Assembly: GCA_051294375.1 (NCBI GenBank)
Contig: CM119264.1
Span: 29,128,204 to 29,192,203 of the forward strand
Length of the DNA: 64,000 nt
Origin: Paraspadella gotoi
Lineage: Eukaryota > Animalia > Chaetognatha
Direction of reading: 5' to 3'
Shown: in pieces, positions 13,302-26,400 of the stretch
Layout of the letters: every line of letters starts with the position of its first letter
Position numbering within the stretch: position 1 is the first letter of the stretch
The notes under the pieces: generated by a model
Told to the model about the DNA's origin: nothing
The model's database searches: none
The model's input: only the letters and a program-made list of their open reading frames with translations
Made by a program: the position numbers and the translations under genes

Positions 13302-13408
13302 AGAGAAAGTTTGATTTGGAATGTGACAACGATTGGATTTGTTAATATAATATAATGTTTTATATTAATAAAACTAATCGTTGTCATATTCCAAATCAAA
13401 CTTTCTCT
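13302..13408. repeat. Hairpin / inverted repeat, 49-bp arms
   Basis: agagaaagtttgatttggaatgtgacaacgattggatttgttaatataa pairs with 13360-13408 with 4 differences. Confidence 0.85.
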
Positions 13409-13733
13409 GATTTTACTTTTTTATATTTTGATTTAGACATTTTATTTTTATTTCTAATTCCGTTTTGGATTTATTTCGAGGCGAGAGAAAATTGAAATCC
13501 TTTCGCCAAACAAATGAGCATCGAATTTTTTCTTTTTTTTTAAGTTTCCCATTTTAAATTAAAAAAAAAAATTATCCAATCTTTTAGTTGTTTTTTTTTT
13601 CGTATTTGAAATATCTCTTTTCAACTTTTTAAAAATCCCTTATCAATAAAAATAAATTATTAAAGTCTTATATTCCTCCTATTTATAATCTAATACGCAT
13701 TTTTCAATTTCAATGATTTTATTTTAGATATTC

Positions 13734-13764
<31 letters not shown>

Positions 13765-14959
13765 CATTTTCCTTTGATTCTTTTAATCTCAAGTTTCCCT
13801 TTCAGTCGAATTTTTCTCCTTCCCTTTTGTTTTTTTTTTCTATTTTTTGTTTCTCATTTCGTTTTGTTTGTCGCCGGAAAAAGAAAATTCGCGAAACTCA
13901 ATCGTCCTTTCGGCCATAAATCTATGATAAAGAAAAAAGAAACAGACGGAACGGGAAAAAAAAACGTCTCTCTCTCTCTCTCGTCATCTCTCATCGAAAC
14001 ATCTCTCGTCTCTCTCTCCTGCTCTCTCTCTCTCTCTGGCCTGCTCTCTCTCTCTCTTTCAATCGATCTAAGCCATTTTTGTCACACGTCTACGCATCGA
14101 GCTAATATCGAGTCGTGGACGCATTCACGCTCTCTGTTGAAACGATGCGTCGATTTAATGATATAGAATAAATATTTAAAAAATAGAAGAGAAAGAGGAT
14201 AGTTAATATTTACCACTTAGTTTAAGTTAAATAAGAAAAACTAGTAAAACGCAAATATTACCGACTGAAAATGTTGAATTTAGAGAACGAAATTTCAATG
14301 AGAGTGAGAAACAAAACAAAGAAGAGAAGGCGGCGACCAAAGCAGAAGACAAGAGACAGAGACAGAGAAAGACGGAAACAGAGATAAAAGAAAACATAGA
14401 CAGAAACAGACAGAGACAGAGACAGCGAAAGAAAAACCAAAACTCTCTTCGCATTTCAAAATATCGACAAATCATCTCAGTCAGTTATTTTTTTAAAATT
14501 CAGATCCCGAGGAGATTCTTAGAATTTAGACAAGATTTTTCTGCGATATTAAGAAACCTTAGGCATCAACATATTCTTTATAGGTATACACTATACTGTG
14601 TAGGTTAACAATACTATACAAATTCATAGCAGAAGCGGAAAAACAAGGTTCAACTTGGTAATTCAATAGTTTTCAATGTTTTGTTAACTACATTTTCCAT
14701 TATTTTGTTCGGTTAAGTTCTTATTATTAAATTTTGTTAAATTGTAAAATCTTGAAATTTTTGCCTTCTTTTGTATGTCATGTTGTACTTGTTTAACTAT
14801 ACATATAAAACATTTCCTACACATTCATTATTCCCTAGACCCCGTCTACTAAAAGTTTTTTTCCTAAAAAATGAACAAAAATTGTCTTCCTCTTGACTCT
14901 TCTTCCGCGATGGACACGCCCACAAACTTTGCCCGCTCGGAATGGAAACTCTCGTTCGC

Positions 14960-15145
14960 TCCTACGTGCCCACACTCAGGACCATTAAGCTCCAACGCGC
15001 CCACACTATGGGCAATCTTACTCCTATGCGCCCACACTTACGGCCATTAAAATCCAACGCCCCGCCAATATGGATCATTTTACTACTATCGCTCTCAGTT
15101 ATTGCAATTTTGATCCAACGTGACCACACGTTTGACGCCCACGGG
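14960..15145. repeat. 31-bp degenerate minisatellite with alternating (62-bp) higher-order structure
   Basis: tacgtgcccacactcaggaccattaagctcc / aacgcgcccacactatgggcaatcttactcc / tatgcgcccacacttacggccattaaaatcc / aacgccccgccaatatggatcattttactac ... Confidence 0.75.
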
Positions 15146-15644
15146 GTAAAGCCGCTTCGCCCGAGAACCTTTTGCTCATTTTATCCGTCGCTCGGTGACA
15201 ATGGATTCAAAATAAACTAAAAAAACTTAGGCGATCCAAACCTAAACATCGCACGTCACGTGATGCTCTTCACTTATTCACAGCTTCGGGTCCGTAGACT
15301 TAAATCCCAAAGATCCTTTGGGACCAATTTTAAACCAAAACCAAACTTAATTCATTAATCTTCCCATTTACACCTTTTCCTCTCCCCCAGCGCCCATCCC
15401 CCACGCGCGGACTCTCGATTCGTCACCGCTCGACCGTCAAGCGTCTCCCTCTACGAACGCGACCTCTCGTGGCGCGGGGGCGATCCATTGCCTCGCCCAC
15501 ATCGCCCCCTCCCAGCTTCGTCCCCGCCCGCCGCCGCGGCTTTAGCGCCTTTTCAAAATCGCGTCGCTCGTTTTCTCGTCGTCGAGCCTTCCGGAGCCGG
15601 GGACGTCTGTCTGTCTATTTGCTAAGCACTCAGTTCTCTCTCTG

Positions 15645-15680
<36 letters not shown>

Positions 15681-16357
15681 GTCTCTCTCTTGTCTCTTCC
15701 TCTCTCTCTCTCTCTTCTCTCCGTTCCTCTCTCTCTCTCCCGTCGCGTCCTCGTACGTTCCGTCGACGTCTCGACCTTCCGGACGAGCTGGAATGTCTGT
15801 CTATCTGTCTGTCGGCGTCGTTCTGTCTGTCTGTCTCTCAGTTGCGAGCCCCCCTATTTCTCCCACTCGCCGAACACACCTCAATAACACACTACCGGTC
15901 CCATTTCTCTCAACGCGCCCTCTACGATCATTAATAAACAAAGAGGCCGCCTCGTTCTCGCTTCGTTTTCGGCGTCGAATCACAGATTCTGCATTGGGCG
16001 TCCTTTTTTTTTTTTTTTTTTTGGAAAGAGAGGCGCCCAGCAGGCGAACCCTGGCGTAGGCCTTTCTCCCGCAGGGCGCGCAATCCATCTGCCCACACAG
16101 TTGGTCACCATGCCACAGCCCCAATAACACCGCACCACTCTACTCACATGCGCAGCCACAACAACACCCACCTAAGCCACTCACATGCCAGCCACATCTA
16201 AACCCACTCGCGCTTCATTTTTGAGATTGGCTCATCCTCTATATTCGGGCTGACATTTCTTTGTATTCCCCGAATGACCTTTGCCAACAAGACCGTTCTC
16301 TCTCTCTCTCTCTCTCCGCTCTCCTCTGCTTTCTTCTTCCTCCGTCTCCTCTCTCAT

Positions 16358-16391
<34 letters not shown>

Positions 16392-16501
16392 ACTCTTCTT
16401 TTTTTTTTTTCTATTTTTTTTTGCTCTCGCCTTTTCTCTATTTTTTCCCACACCAATGTTGATTTCGTTTTGCCTGTCGGTCCGGTTTATCTTTCTCTCT
16501 C

Positions 16502-16588
<87 letters not shown>

Positions 16589-16709
16589 CCGTTTTTAATC
16601 TAATGTTCTTAAAGTTTCCTCCGTCAACATCTTTTCTTTTTCTTTCTCAGAGAATTTCTCTCTCCTCTTTTACTCCACTCCTCTCGACTCAGACAAAGCC
16701 ACACCTTAA

Positions 16710-16796
<87 letters not shown>

Positions 16797-16805
16797 ATTT
16801 CTCTC

Positions 16806-16837
<32 letters not shown>

Positions 16838-16885
16838 TATTTTTCTTTCTCTCATTCTCTTCTCTCTCTCTCTCTTCTCTTCCAT

Positions 16886-16971
<86 letters not shown>

Positions 16972-17411
16972 TTGCGCCCTACTTTCCTCCGGTTTTTTAT
17001 TTCTTTTAATTCCTCGTCGCTCCCGCGTGTTGAGCTTTTCAAATCGGATTTCTTAGAAATCCTAACGAGTCTCTCTTCTTTCCTCGCCTCCTTTTTTTTC
17101 TCCCTTCGTTTCTTGTTTCTCCTTTTTTCCTTTTTTTTTCTTCTTTATTTCCTTCCTCCTTTTCGGTTTAACTTTTTTACGTCTTTTTTTTCTAATTTCA
17201 TTTTTACTATTTTCATATTATTTTTTAAACTATCTCTTCCAATGTACACTATGTTTCCTATTAATTAACTCATCTATTTGTTCATATTTACTATTTATTG
17301 CATCTTTCTTTCGCCGTTTATACTATCGTCTTTTACTATTTCTCCCATCTTTACTTTCTTCCCTCACGCTTTTCCTCAAACTTTCTCCAGAGAGCTTTTC
17401 TAGTTCCTGTG

Positions 17412-17535
<124 letters not shown>

Positions 17536-19459
17536 ATTCGGTTATTTTTCTTCTCAGTTTAAGTAAAAAAAAAGCATCATTTCGCCGATAAATAAACAAA
17601 TAGGAATCCTCATGAAAAGTAAACAATCGCCGAGAAAAATACAAATACTAAATACAAATACCACAGCCACCGTCACATTCATGTTAACCGCCTTTTTTAG
17701 TTAATAGTTTTCAAGTTAAAAGTTCAATGTTACATGTTTTCATTCGACTTCGTCCGTTCTTTTACATTCTTTATGCATTTCCCAGGCCACGGCCTCCAGT
17801 CTCGTCGAACAATAGTCGGCTCCCTCAAACATCCGGTTTACGTGAATCGCTTCGACAAAAACTCTTTTTATTCTACGTCGTCGTGACCATCTGCTTCTCT
17901 CTTTGACCAGATCCGGGAGTCGGAAGCGACTTCCGGGTTCGCATCCTGGACGCGGAAGCAACTTCCGCTTTTGCATACCGAATTCAGTCGTGAATTCTCC
18001 CTTGGCTTCGAATTCTAATTACACTTACTATTTCACATTTGCATAGTTATACCCTAGGAACCAATCTGATTTTGCCCGGCGACGCCCTTATTCACATCCG
18101 GTTTTCCATGGCCACGTTTCATTCCACTTCCGGGTCGCGACTTCCGGTTTTAATTCTAACTTCCGGTCAAAATTTCCGGTTCCCTTCCTCTTTTGTGTCA
18201 TCAGTTTTTGTCGCCTCCATTCTTTCGGCTCCAACTTCCGGCGTCTCTGCTCCTACTACCGAAGTCTCGGCCAATTTTCCGGCATCTCTGACGGCGAAGT
18301 CGTTAGAACGCGGGTCTGTGGAAGAAGTGGTACTTGGATTCGAGGATGGGCTTAACGCAATTACGACTTACTATTCAGATTACGTATCATTCGTTTAAAA
18401 TCTATGAAAAACAATCAGGGTCAAGCTATTTTATTATCTAGTAAGAGGGATGAAGGCAATAACCGACTATCGTCTGTCTAAAGTCATTAAGCAAGATAGA
18501 TTTTTGAATGAATGGCAATTTTTTATCTTACTTGTACCAAGTTTATAACTGTATTTTTTTTCAGCGAAAGAAAAAATTTATGGTCAACTTATCATCAAAA
18601 GTGCAAAATTTTCTCATCTCTTCAGCTTTGCTCGCGTTATCACTAGTAGAATATTCAATACGTTACTGATAAAGTTCCACACAAAATTAAATTATTCCAC
18701 ACAAAAAAACTGTTGCCAAACTCGTCGTTTTCACGCGCGCATCGATCTGCATGCGAGTTGCCTTTCGTACACGCAAAACCTGCGTGCGACGTTCTCAATT
18801 GCTTCTTTCTCTCTCTCTCTCTNNNNNNNNNNNNNNNNNNNNNNNNNNNNNNNNNNNNNNNNNNNNNNNNNNNNNNNNNNNNNNNNNNNNNNNNNNNNNN
18901 NNNNNNNNNNNNNNNNNNNNNNNNNNNNNNNNNNNNNNNNNNNNNNNNNCTCGCGATTTTCCACCTCAACCTCCAAAACCATAAATCTTTTTTTTTTCGT
19001 TTCCCAGTTTTTTTCACCGACGTTTGATTACAAAAGAAAAAAAAAGAAAAGAGGAAATTCCTCGGGAGAATCGCTTCATCCTCAGCTGAAGGAGAGACGA
19101 CGTGAATTCGCCCCAGCTGCTCTTCAGCCACAGAGGCGCGTTGTGTGCGATAGCTAGCTCGTTTCAGCTGCAGCTCGCAAACTGCAGCGACGCAGCTGCG
19201 GAATTGCAGCAGTTCGCTAGCGGTAGCAGTGAAGCTGTCGCGTTGAAGCTGCAGCGTCATGGCTGCAGCTTTGCAGCTGTAAAGTTGCAGCAGTTCGCAA
19301 GCGGCAGATTTCAAGCTGCTCTTCAGCTTCACGGTTCAATCGCATGAGACTCTGTGAGGCGATGAAGAAATTTGGAAAGTTAACGTCGGTTGCTTGACTG
19401 ACTGTTGATGACTGTTGATGGTTTTCGCGAGAGCGATAGAGAGAGAGAGAGGAACGGAG

Positions 19460-19495
<36 letters not shown>

Positions 19496-22299
19496 NNNNN
19501 NNNNNNNNNNNNNNNNNNNNNNNNNNNNNNNNNNNNNNNNNNNNNNNNNNNNNNNNNNNNNNNNNNNNNNNNNNNNNNNNNNNNNNNNNNNNNNNNNNNN
19601 NNNNNNNNNNNNNNNNNNNNNNNNNNNNNNNNNNNNNNNCTCTCTCTCTCAAATTCGTAGAATTAAATCGGAATTTTCCGTTAGCGACGCGGCCGCTCGG
19701 AAGGATGGGGAATTCCAAAAAAATAAAAAAAAAAGTTTTTATAAAATCATTAAAATTTGAAACTTTAGATTTTGGGAGTCGTGAAAAGAGGGGAAATAGT
19801 AAAACCTGGGAGGAAGTGATAAAAGTAGGAATAAGGGGAAGGTATTAAGAAAGATGAAATGGGGGGGAAGATAAAAAGGGGCAGGAGGAAAAGGGAAAAA
19901 AAGGCAAGTCGTTACGAAAACAACTAAGGATGATAAAAGGTTTTAGAGACAGAGAGAAAAAATGGAGGAAAGGAAAGAAATACGGAGGAAGAGAAGATAA
20001 TAATGGAGTCGANNNNNNNNNNNNNNNNNNNNNNNNNNNNNNNNNNNNNNNNNNNNNNNNNNNNNNNNNNNNNNNNNNNNNNNNNNNNNNNNNNNNNNNN
20101 NNNNNNNNNNNNNNNNNNNNNNNNNNNNNNNNNNNNNNNNNNNNNNNNNNNNNNNNNNNNNNNNNNNNNNNNNNNNNNNNNNNNNNNNNNNNNNNNNNNN
20201 NNNNNNAGAGAGAGAGGAAAGTGAAAAAAAAGAGACTATGAAGCGGTCGGCCCATTGAGAAAGGAAGAAAGAAAAGATAAAAATTTAAAGAAAGGAAAGA
20301 AAAAAAAAGAAAGAAAGGAAAGGGAAGAAAGAAAAGAGAAAGGAAAAGGCGGTCGAGCAGGGAAGAGATTGAAGTGATTTTCAATAGGAGGAAAGCAGAA
20401 GGGAAAAGGAAAAAGAAAAAGCAAGAAGAGAAATGTGGGGATGTGGATATAAAGGGATGTGGTTAGAGATTAGAAGACACTTCTGTGGGGAATAACCTGA
20501 GAAATGTCGGGATGTGGATATAAAGGGATGTGGGGAGAGAATAGGACCCACATCTCCCAGGAAAAAGAAGGGACATTTGGTGATAAATGGATAAGGGGAT
20601 GTGGAGATCGAGAGAGGGACAAAAATTGGAAAGAGTGACGCGAAGGCAATTCGAAAGTTATGAATAAATCTTGACTCAGCGATCGAGAAGTTTTTTTTTT
20701 TTTTNNNNNNNNNNNNNNNNNNNNNNNNNNNNNNNNNNNNNNNNNNNNNNNNNNNNNNNNNNNNNNNNNNNNNNNNNNNNNNNNNNNNNNNNNNNNNNNN
20801 NNNNNNNNNNNNNNNNNNNNNNNNNNNNNNNNNNNNNNNNNNNNNCGACTGTAACGACACCTTGGGGAAGAGAGGGGGAGGAGGAGGAGAGGGAGGAGGA
20901 GGAAGAGGAGGAGGAAGAAGAGGAGGATAAAAATGATGGATAGAGAAGTGGGTTTTCAAGGAGCAGGAAAAGGGGAAAGGGAGAACAAGAATAAAACGAA
21001 AAAGAGGAAAGGAAAAAAAAAGGCAGGATAAGCTCTATGTGATGGTTAATTAACGACCTTTATGAATAACCAATTTCATTTTGTAAGTAAACCCTAACCT
21101 TGCATTTTTGCTGTTTTTTTTGTGTGTTCGGTTGCAAAATAACAGACTATTGTCGAAATCAATTTGAGCAACGACCAACTGTTGACAAAAAAGCTGAATC
21201 AACCCACTAATAGATAATTAATATACATATCGCATCGTTTTTCTCTCCGAAAAAAATCGACCAATCGTATTTATCCTCACCGCCAAAAATGGACCAATCA
21301 TATCGCTTTCTCACCGACGCCAAAAATCGACCAATCATATCCCAAAGAAGTCGCCGACCTCAGACCAAAACATCGTCTCCAAGGAGACAGAGAAGCTTCT
21401 TCCATTATTTATTATCAACGAACGAATTTTTTTTTCTCTCTCGATTATTTATTNNNNNNNNNNNNNNNNNNNNNNNNNNNNNNNNNNNNNNNNNNNNNNN
21501 NNNNNNNNNNNNNNNNNNNNNNNNNNNNNNNNNNNNNNNNNNNNNNNNNNNNNNNNNNGAAGAAGTAGGAAGTGTTGATGAGGATGATGATGATGATGAT
21601 GACGATGATGATGACTATGATGATGATTATGATGATGATGATTATGATGATGCCACCTCAGACAGCTTTGAGAGCGAGCTAGTCCTTCGCTGGACGAATG
21701 CCTTTCAAGTCAAGTCAACTCAGGACGACGTCAACAAATAGAATGTCGACAACGACGACGACGACGACGACGACGTCAAACTCTCAAATTCAATTCCTTC
21801 GAGTTTCTGGGATCAAATTCGACTTAACTCGATGACGGAAGGAAATTAATTAAGGGGAGGGTGAGGTTCTCCATAAATTCATCGCGGAGATGCGCCGAGT
21901 CACGTGATTACGAGGCGAGAAAAGTCACGCGATGAAATCGGTTAGAAAGACACGTGATCTCGTCCGAGATCTAAGCCCAAAAAAATTCACGAGTTTCTGG
22001 GAAAAAAAGAAAAATGAATCAAGTCGAAAAAAAAAGTCATTCGTTCTAGCATTAAAACAAAAATTACATTATTCGAGTGAGAAAATCATGTTATGTCGGC
22101 AAAAACAGTCACGTGATGCCGATAGAAAAAGTCAGGTGATCCCGGAAAAGTCACGTGACTTCTCGAGCCTCGAGCGATGACATCAAGATTTCATGGATTG
22201 TCGTTGACGACACCTGAGTCGACGAGAAAGGCTTAGAGTTTGGGAAAGAAATGGAGAGGGTCCTTTTGACATCCAATTTGGTGCAAAGAAATCTGAGCT

Positions 22300-22452
22300 T
22301 AAATCGAGGAAAATCTGGATTAAAATGAAAGGAAATCTGGATTTAACTGGAGACAAATCTGGATTTAACTGGAGGCAAATCTGGATTTAACTGGAGGAAA
22401 ATCTGGATATAACTGGAGGCAAATCTGGATTTATCTGGAGATAAATTTTGAT
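22300..22452. repeat. 21-bp minisatellite
   Basis: Unit aaatctggatttaactggagg, about 6-7 copies; isolated aaatctggatt copies also near 22928 and 22991. Confidence 0.9.
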
Positions 22453-23208
22453 TTAAGACACAATGAAAAATGGCGTAACGTTACTGTTCCGTGCATAAAA
22501 AAAATTGAAAATGAATTTGTCATATTGTTATTTAGATTAATTGACTAATTACAAACATATGATTCATATAAATTGAAGAAATGATGGGTAAAAAATATTC
22601 ATCTTGGTTTCGGTTAACTATTAAGTTATCGTTAAAATTTTGTTTTAATAATATTAATATTTTTTTTGCATTTATAAAAGCAATGGTCTAAAATTTTGTA
22701 AGCGTTTCGAGCTATATTGCTACATCTTTTTTACTATTTTTGATCTAGTTAGCTTTTTTGTTGATGGTCAAGGGTTATGGTCAGACACAGTAATGTCCAG
22801 TAGTGTATATCGCACATATTACCAAAAGTAATAATCAATTAATTTGGCTCAGAAACAATTTTAAAGGGACAAAATCAGCACGAGACAGTAACGCCACGTT
22901 ATTTTTCATTGTGTCTTAACTGAAGTCAAATCTGGATTTAAATTTTTAAATAGAAGAAAATGTTGATCATATGGACCCAAGTAATGATGCAAATCTGGAT
23001 TGAAATGAAGACATGAAATAAGAGTTTGGACTAGAGTACAAATAATCTCCCTTTCCTTTGGTCTCATTTTTCCGGATCTTTGAGACCCAAAATTTAACTT
23101 TTTTAAGACAATTAAGGCCACTTTAACAGTTTAAGGCCATTAAATTTGAAGCATTTATCTTAATTATTAGATAAATTAATCTATAATTTGTTTTTAAATA
23201 TTCCCCAC

Positions 23209-23417
23209 CTGATTGTCCCAGATGAACTGTTTCTCTGGGCAGTCGAGTTTCGGCGCAAAGTGAACGTTGAGTCGTTCGTAGTCGCAGGTCAGATTCGCGT
23301 AGGCGACGTCCCAGTCGCGGTGCGTAGCTACGCAGCGCAAAGCTTTACCGTGGTCGCGAAAGGAAGGCCGCAGCGTAGCGTTGCTTACGACGTGGTGGGT
23401 GGAGTTCATGCCTCGGC
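23209..23417 (-). CDS. IgSF protein exon, second half of Ig domain 2 + start of domain 3
   Basis: Acceptor cccaacag, donor gtgggg, 209 nt, phase 1 to 0. Translates (G)RGMNSTHHVVSNATLRPSFRDHGKALRCVATHRDWDVAYANLTCDYERLNVHFAPKLDCPEKQFIWDNQ, with the C2-set D-H-G-x-x-L-x-C-x-A-x-H motif, an L-x-V-x-F-x-P linker and N-glycosylation sequons. Confidence 0.9.
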
Positions 23418-26400
23418 CTGTTGGGTGGAAAGGGGGCGGGTAGGGGGGGGTGCAGAGTGAGTGAGGGATGAGAGAAAAAAAGTGGGTTAGTGATGACGCG
23501 TTGATGTTGTGAAGTCGGCGTGAATCTGGGTGAACGTGAATGTTAAATCAAGATGGCGGAAATTTGATAAGTCGGTCAATAGTGAAAGGATTACGAAGAT
23601 GATGATGATGAAAATGATGATGATGATGATGATGATGATGATGTTGAAAAGAATAACGTGAGTTTGGAGTTTGTGAACGCGAGATGAAAGAAAGGAAAAG
23701 AAAAGAAAAGAGAAAAGAAAAGAAAAAAAAATAAATGAAAAACAAACAGAAAATAAAATGAAAAGAAAAGAAAAACTTTTTGTGTTAAGTTTTGGATGTG
23801 ATCGATAATTAATATGATTATTTAAAAGTGTTACTACGTTATTGTCACATTGTTATAGTAGGGAGTGAGTTGCTTTTTTGTTTGTGAACTTCGCTTCTTT
23901 TTAATTCCTTAAAAAAGGTAAGAGGATAATCCATGTCAGATTTTCTACATAATGGGGCTAAGAAAGTAACAGACCGACCCGCATAAGTTTTCTAGGGTAA
24001 GTTAACACGAGAATGGAATCAAAGATCATCTTGAAAAATCAAAAAGACAAAGAGGAAAGGTTGGGCAGCCGAAGGAAAACCTTTCTCTTCTTTTTTTTTT
24101 GACTCTCTGTCATTTCAATATCCCTCCTCCCCTTGTTCCTCCCTCTCCTCTTTCCTCCCTCCCTCCCTCCCTCCCTCTCTCCCTCTCTCTCTCCCGCGAC
24201 AAATCGAGGTCGTCTTCAATTTCATTCAATTTTTTTCCTCATTTTTTTTTCAAGTTTCAAAGTCTTAGGCAAAAAGACTTGAATTCCTTTTTCCTTTAAC
24301 GACAACCGATTCAAGTTTACCTCCTTCCTCCAATTTCCTCCATTTTCCTCATCTTTTTTCCTCCATTTTCCCTTTTCCTCCTCAATTTTCCTCCTTTTTC
24401 CCTCCATTTTTCCCTTTTTCTCCTTTATTTTCCTCCTAATTTTTCCATTTTACTCTTCTTTTTTCCTCCATTTTCCCCTTTTCCTCCTCAAATTTACTCT
24501 TTTTTTTTTCCTCCATTTTTTCCTTTTCTTCCTAAATTACCCTCCTTTTTTTTCTCCATTTTTTCCTTTTCTTCCTTCTTTTTTTCCTTTTTCCTCCTCA
24601 ATTTTTTCCCCAATTTCCTTCTATTTCCCAAATTTTCTCCTATTTCTTCCATTTTCATCCCTTCTTTTCCTTAATTGTCCTCAAATTTTCCCCTTTTTTT
24701 TTCATTTTCCAACTTCAATTTTCTATCATTTTCTCCATTTTCCTCCCTTTTCCTCCTCTTTTTTTCCTCTTATTCCCTCTATTCCTCTTTCTCCAAATTT
24801 CCACCATTTTTATCCATTTCCTTCTCTAATTCTTTTCTTTTTTTTCTTTTCTTCTCTTTTCGTATTTTTATTTTATTTTATTTTATTTTATTTTATTTTT
24901 TTTTATTTTTATTTTTATTTATTTTTTTAAAAAAATTTTATATCAGACTATTTGACTTGTTCATTCGGTTCAAAAATTATGTTCTTAAATTCTCTTCTCA
25001 TAATTTGTGTATTGTATCATTCATTGTTCATATCTAATTCTTTCAAATTCAGTAAAAAAAAAGTAAATTTATCTGTGCTATTTCTCATCTTAATTTATTC
25101 TTCCAAGCCCAAACCCAAAAGAGCCAAGCCAGAGCCCAAACCCAGGCCCCGCCCATCGCCCAATCCCCAAGCCGCAGGCGTCGGAGAAAAATTGAAACAA
25201 AATCCATAGCAATTTATTTTTTGTTGTTGCCAAAACAAGGGGCGCGGCAGCGCAGGGAAACTGAATGCAGCCGCTGTCCTCCGCAGCAGCAATTCCGAAA
25301 CTGCGAAGGCAAAAACAACAACAACAACAACCATAACAAAGACATTCGCTTTTCTGTGGGGAATTCTGATTAAAGGAAAGTTTAGCAATAAAATAGATCC
25401 ACTTCGAAAAATATATTACTATTATCATAATCTTAAATATAAGTTTTGCTCATGAGGTTTACAGTCGAGCTGATGATATGTCACCAATTTATTCATTATA
25501 GGAATTGGTTACAATCGTTCATCAAAAAAAATGGAAACTTAATTTTATTTAATTATTTTTTTAATAATTATCCTTTTTTTTAATTGTTAATAATGTTTAT
25601 AACTTTCGGCCGTAAAAAAATTTATCACAAAAAAAAAAGCTAATCCAAAAAAACTCGGAAATCGATTTAATCCTAAATGAAAAAGACAAAAAAAAAAATC
25701 AAAATGAAAAAGATAAAAAATATTGATTTTTTTCCCTTTTTTGTCGTTTTTCGTATTTTCCTCCATAATTTCTCAGAAATGATGTTTCTAGCTCGTATTT
25801 TTGCTTCTCCTTGTTTTTTGTTCTCCTTGTTTTTTTCCTTCTCCATCCAATTCGTTTTTTTTTATTTCACCTTCACTAATACGATGGTTATTTTTCGTCT
25901 TCACACTGACTTTCGTCTGCAAAACTCATCCGAAAGGAAAAAAACACATAAACGAGACAAAAACAACGACAACAACGACAAGAAAGAGAATTGTGTCATT
26001 TGCGTCTCTTTTTTACCCTTTGTTTTGCTTTTTTTTTGGTTTTGCTTTTTTCCCATCGGAAAAGTTTTTCCCGATTGTCCGATAAGAAACTTCGGCGCTG
26101 ATCTATTTTCAATTCGAACACAAAAAATCAAATTGAGTTGAGATCATGATCGATAAATGATTGATAAATGATTGATAAATGATTGATAAATGCCCATTAT
26201 CATTAGTACTTTTGAAACTTGTAGTTTTATCGAAAAAATATTTTCATAAATAATTAATAAACCAAATATATCAATAGATAAAAAAACCAAAAAAAATATC
26301 ATANNNNNNNNNNCAAATATACCAATAGATAAAAAAACAAAAAAAATATCATAAAAATAAACAAACAATTAAACAANNNNNNNNNNNNNNNNNNNNNNNN

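Noticed and set aside
17933-17949. ccgggttcgcatcctgg T-arm-like hairpin
   Set aside because: No acceptor, D or anticodon arms and no A-box; not a tRNA or a convincing SINE head.
25468-25500. Other CTGATGA/CTGAAGA words (e.g. ~25470, 31012, 39208, 52423, 60767)
   Set aside because: No helix II followed by GAAA and a cleavage triplet, so not hammerheads.
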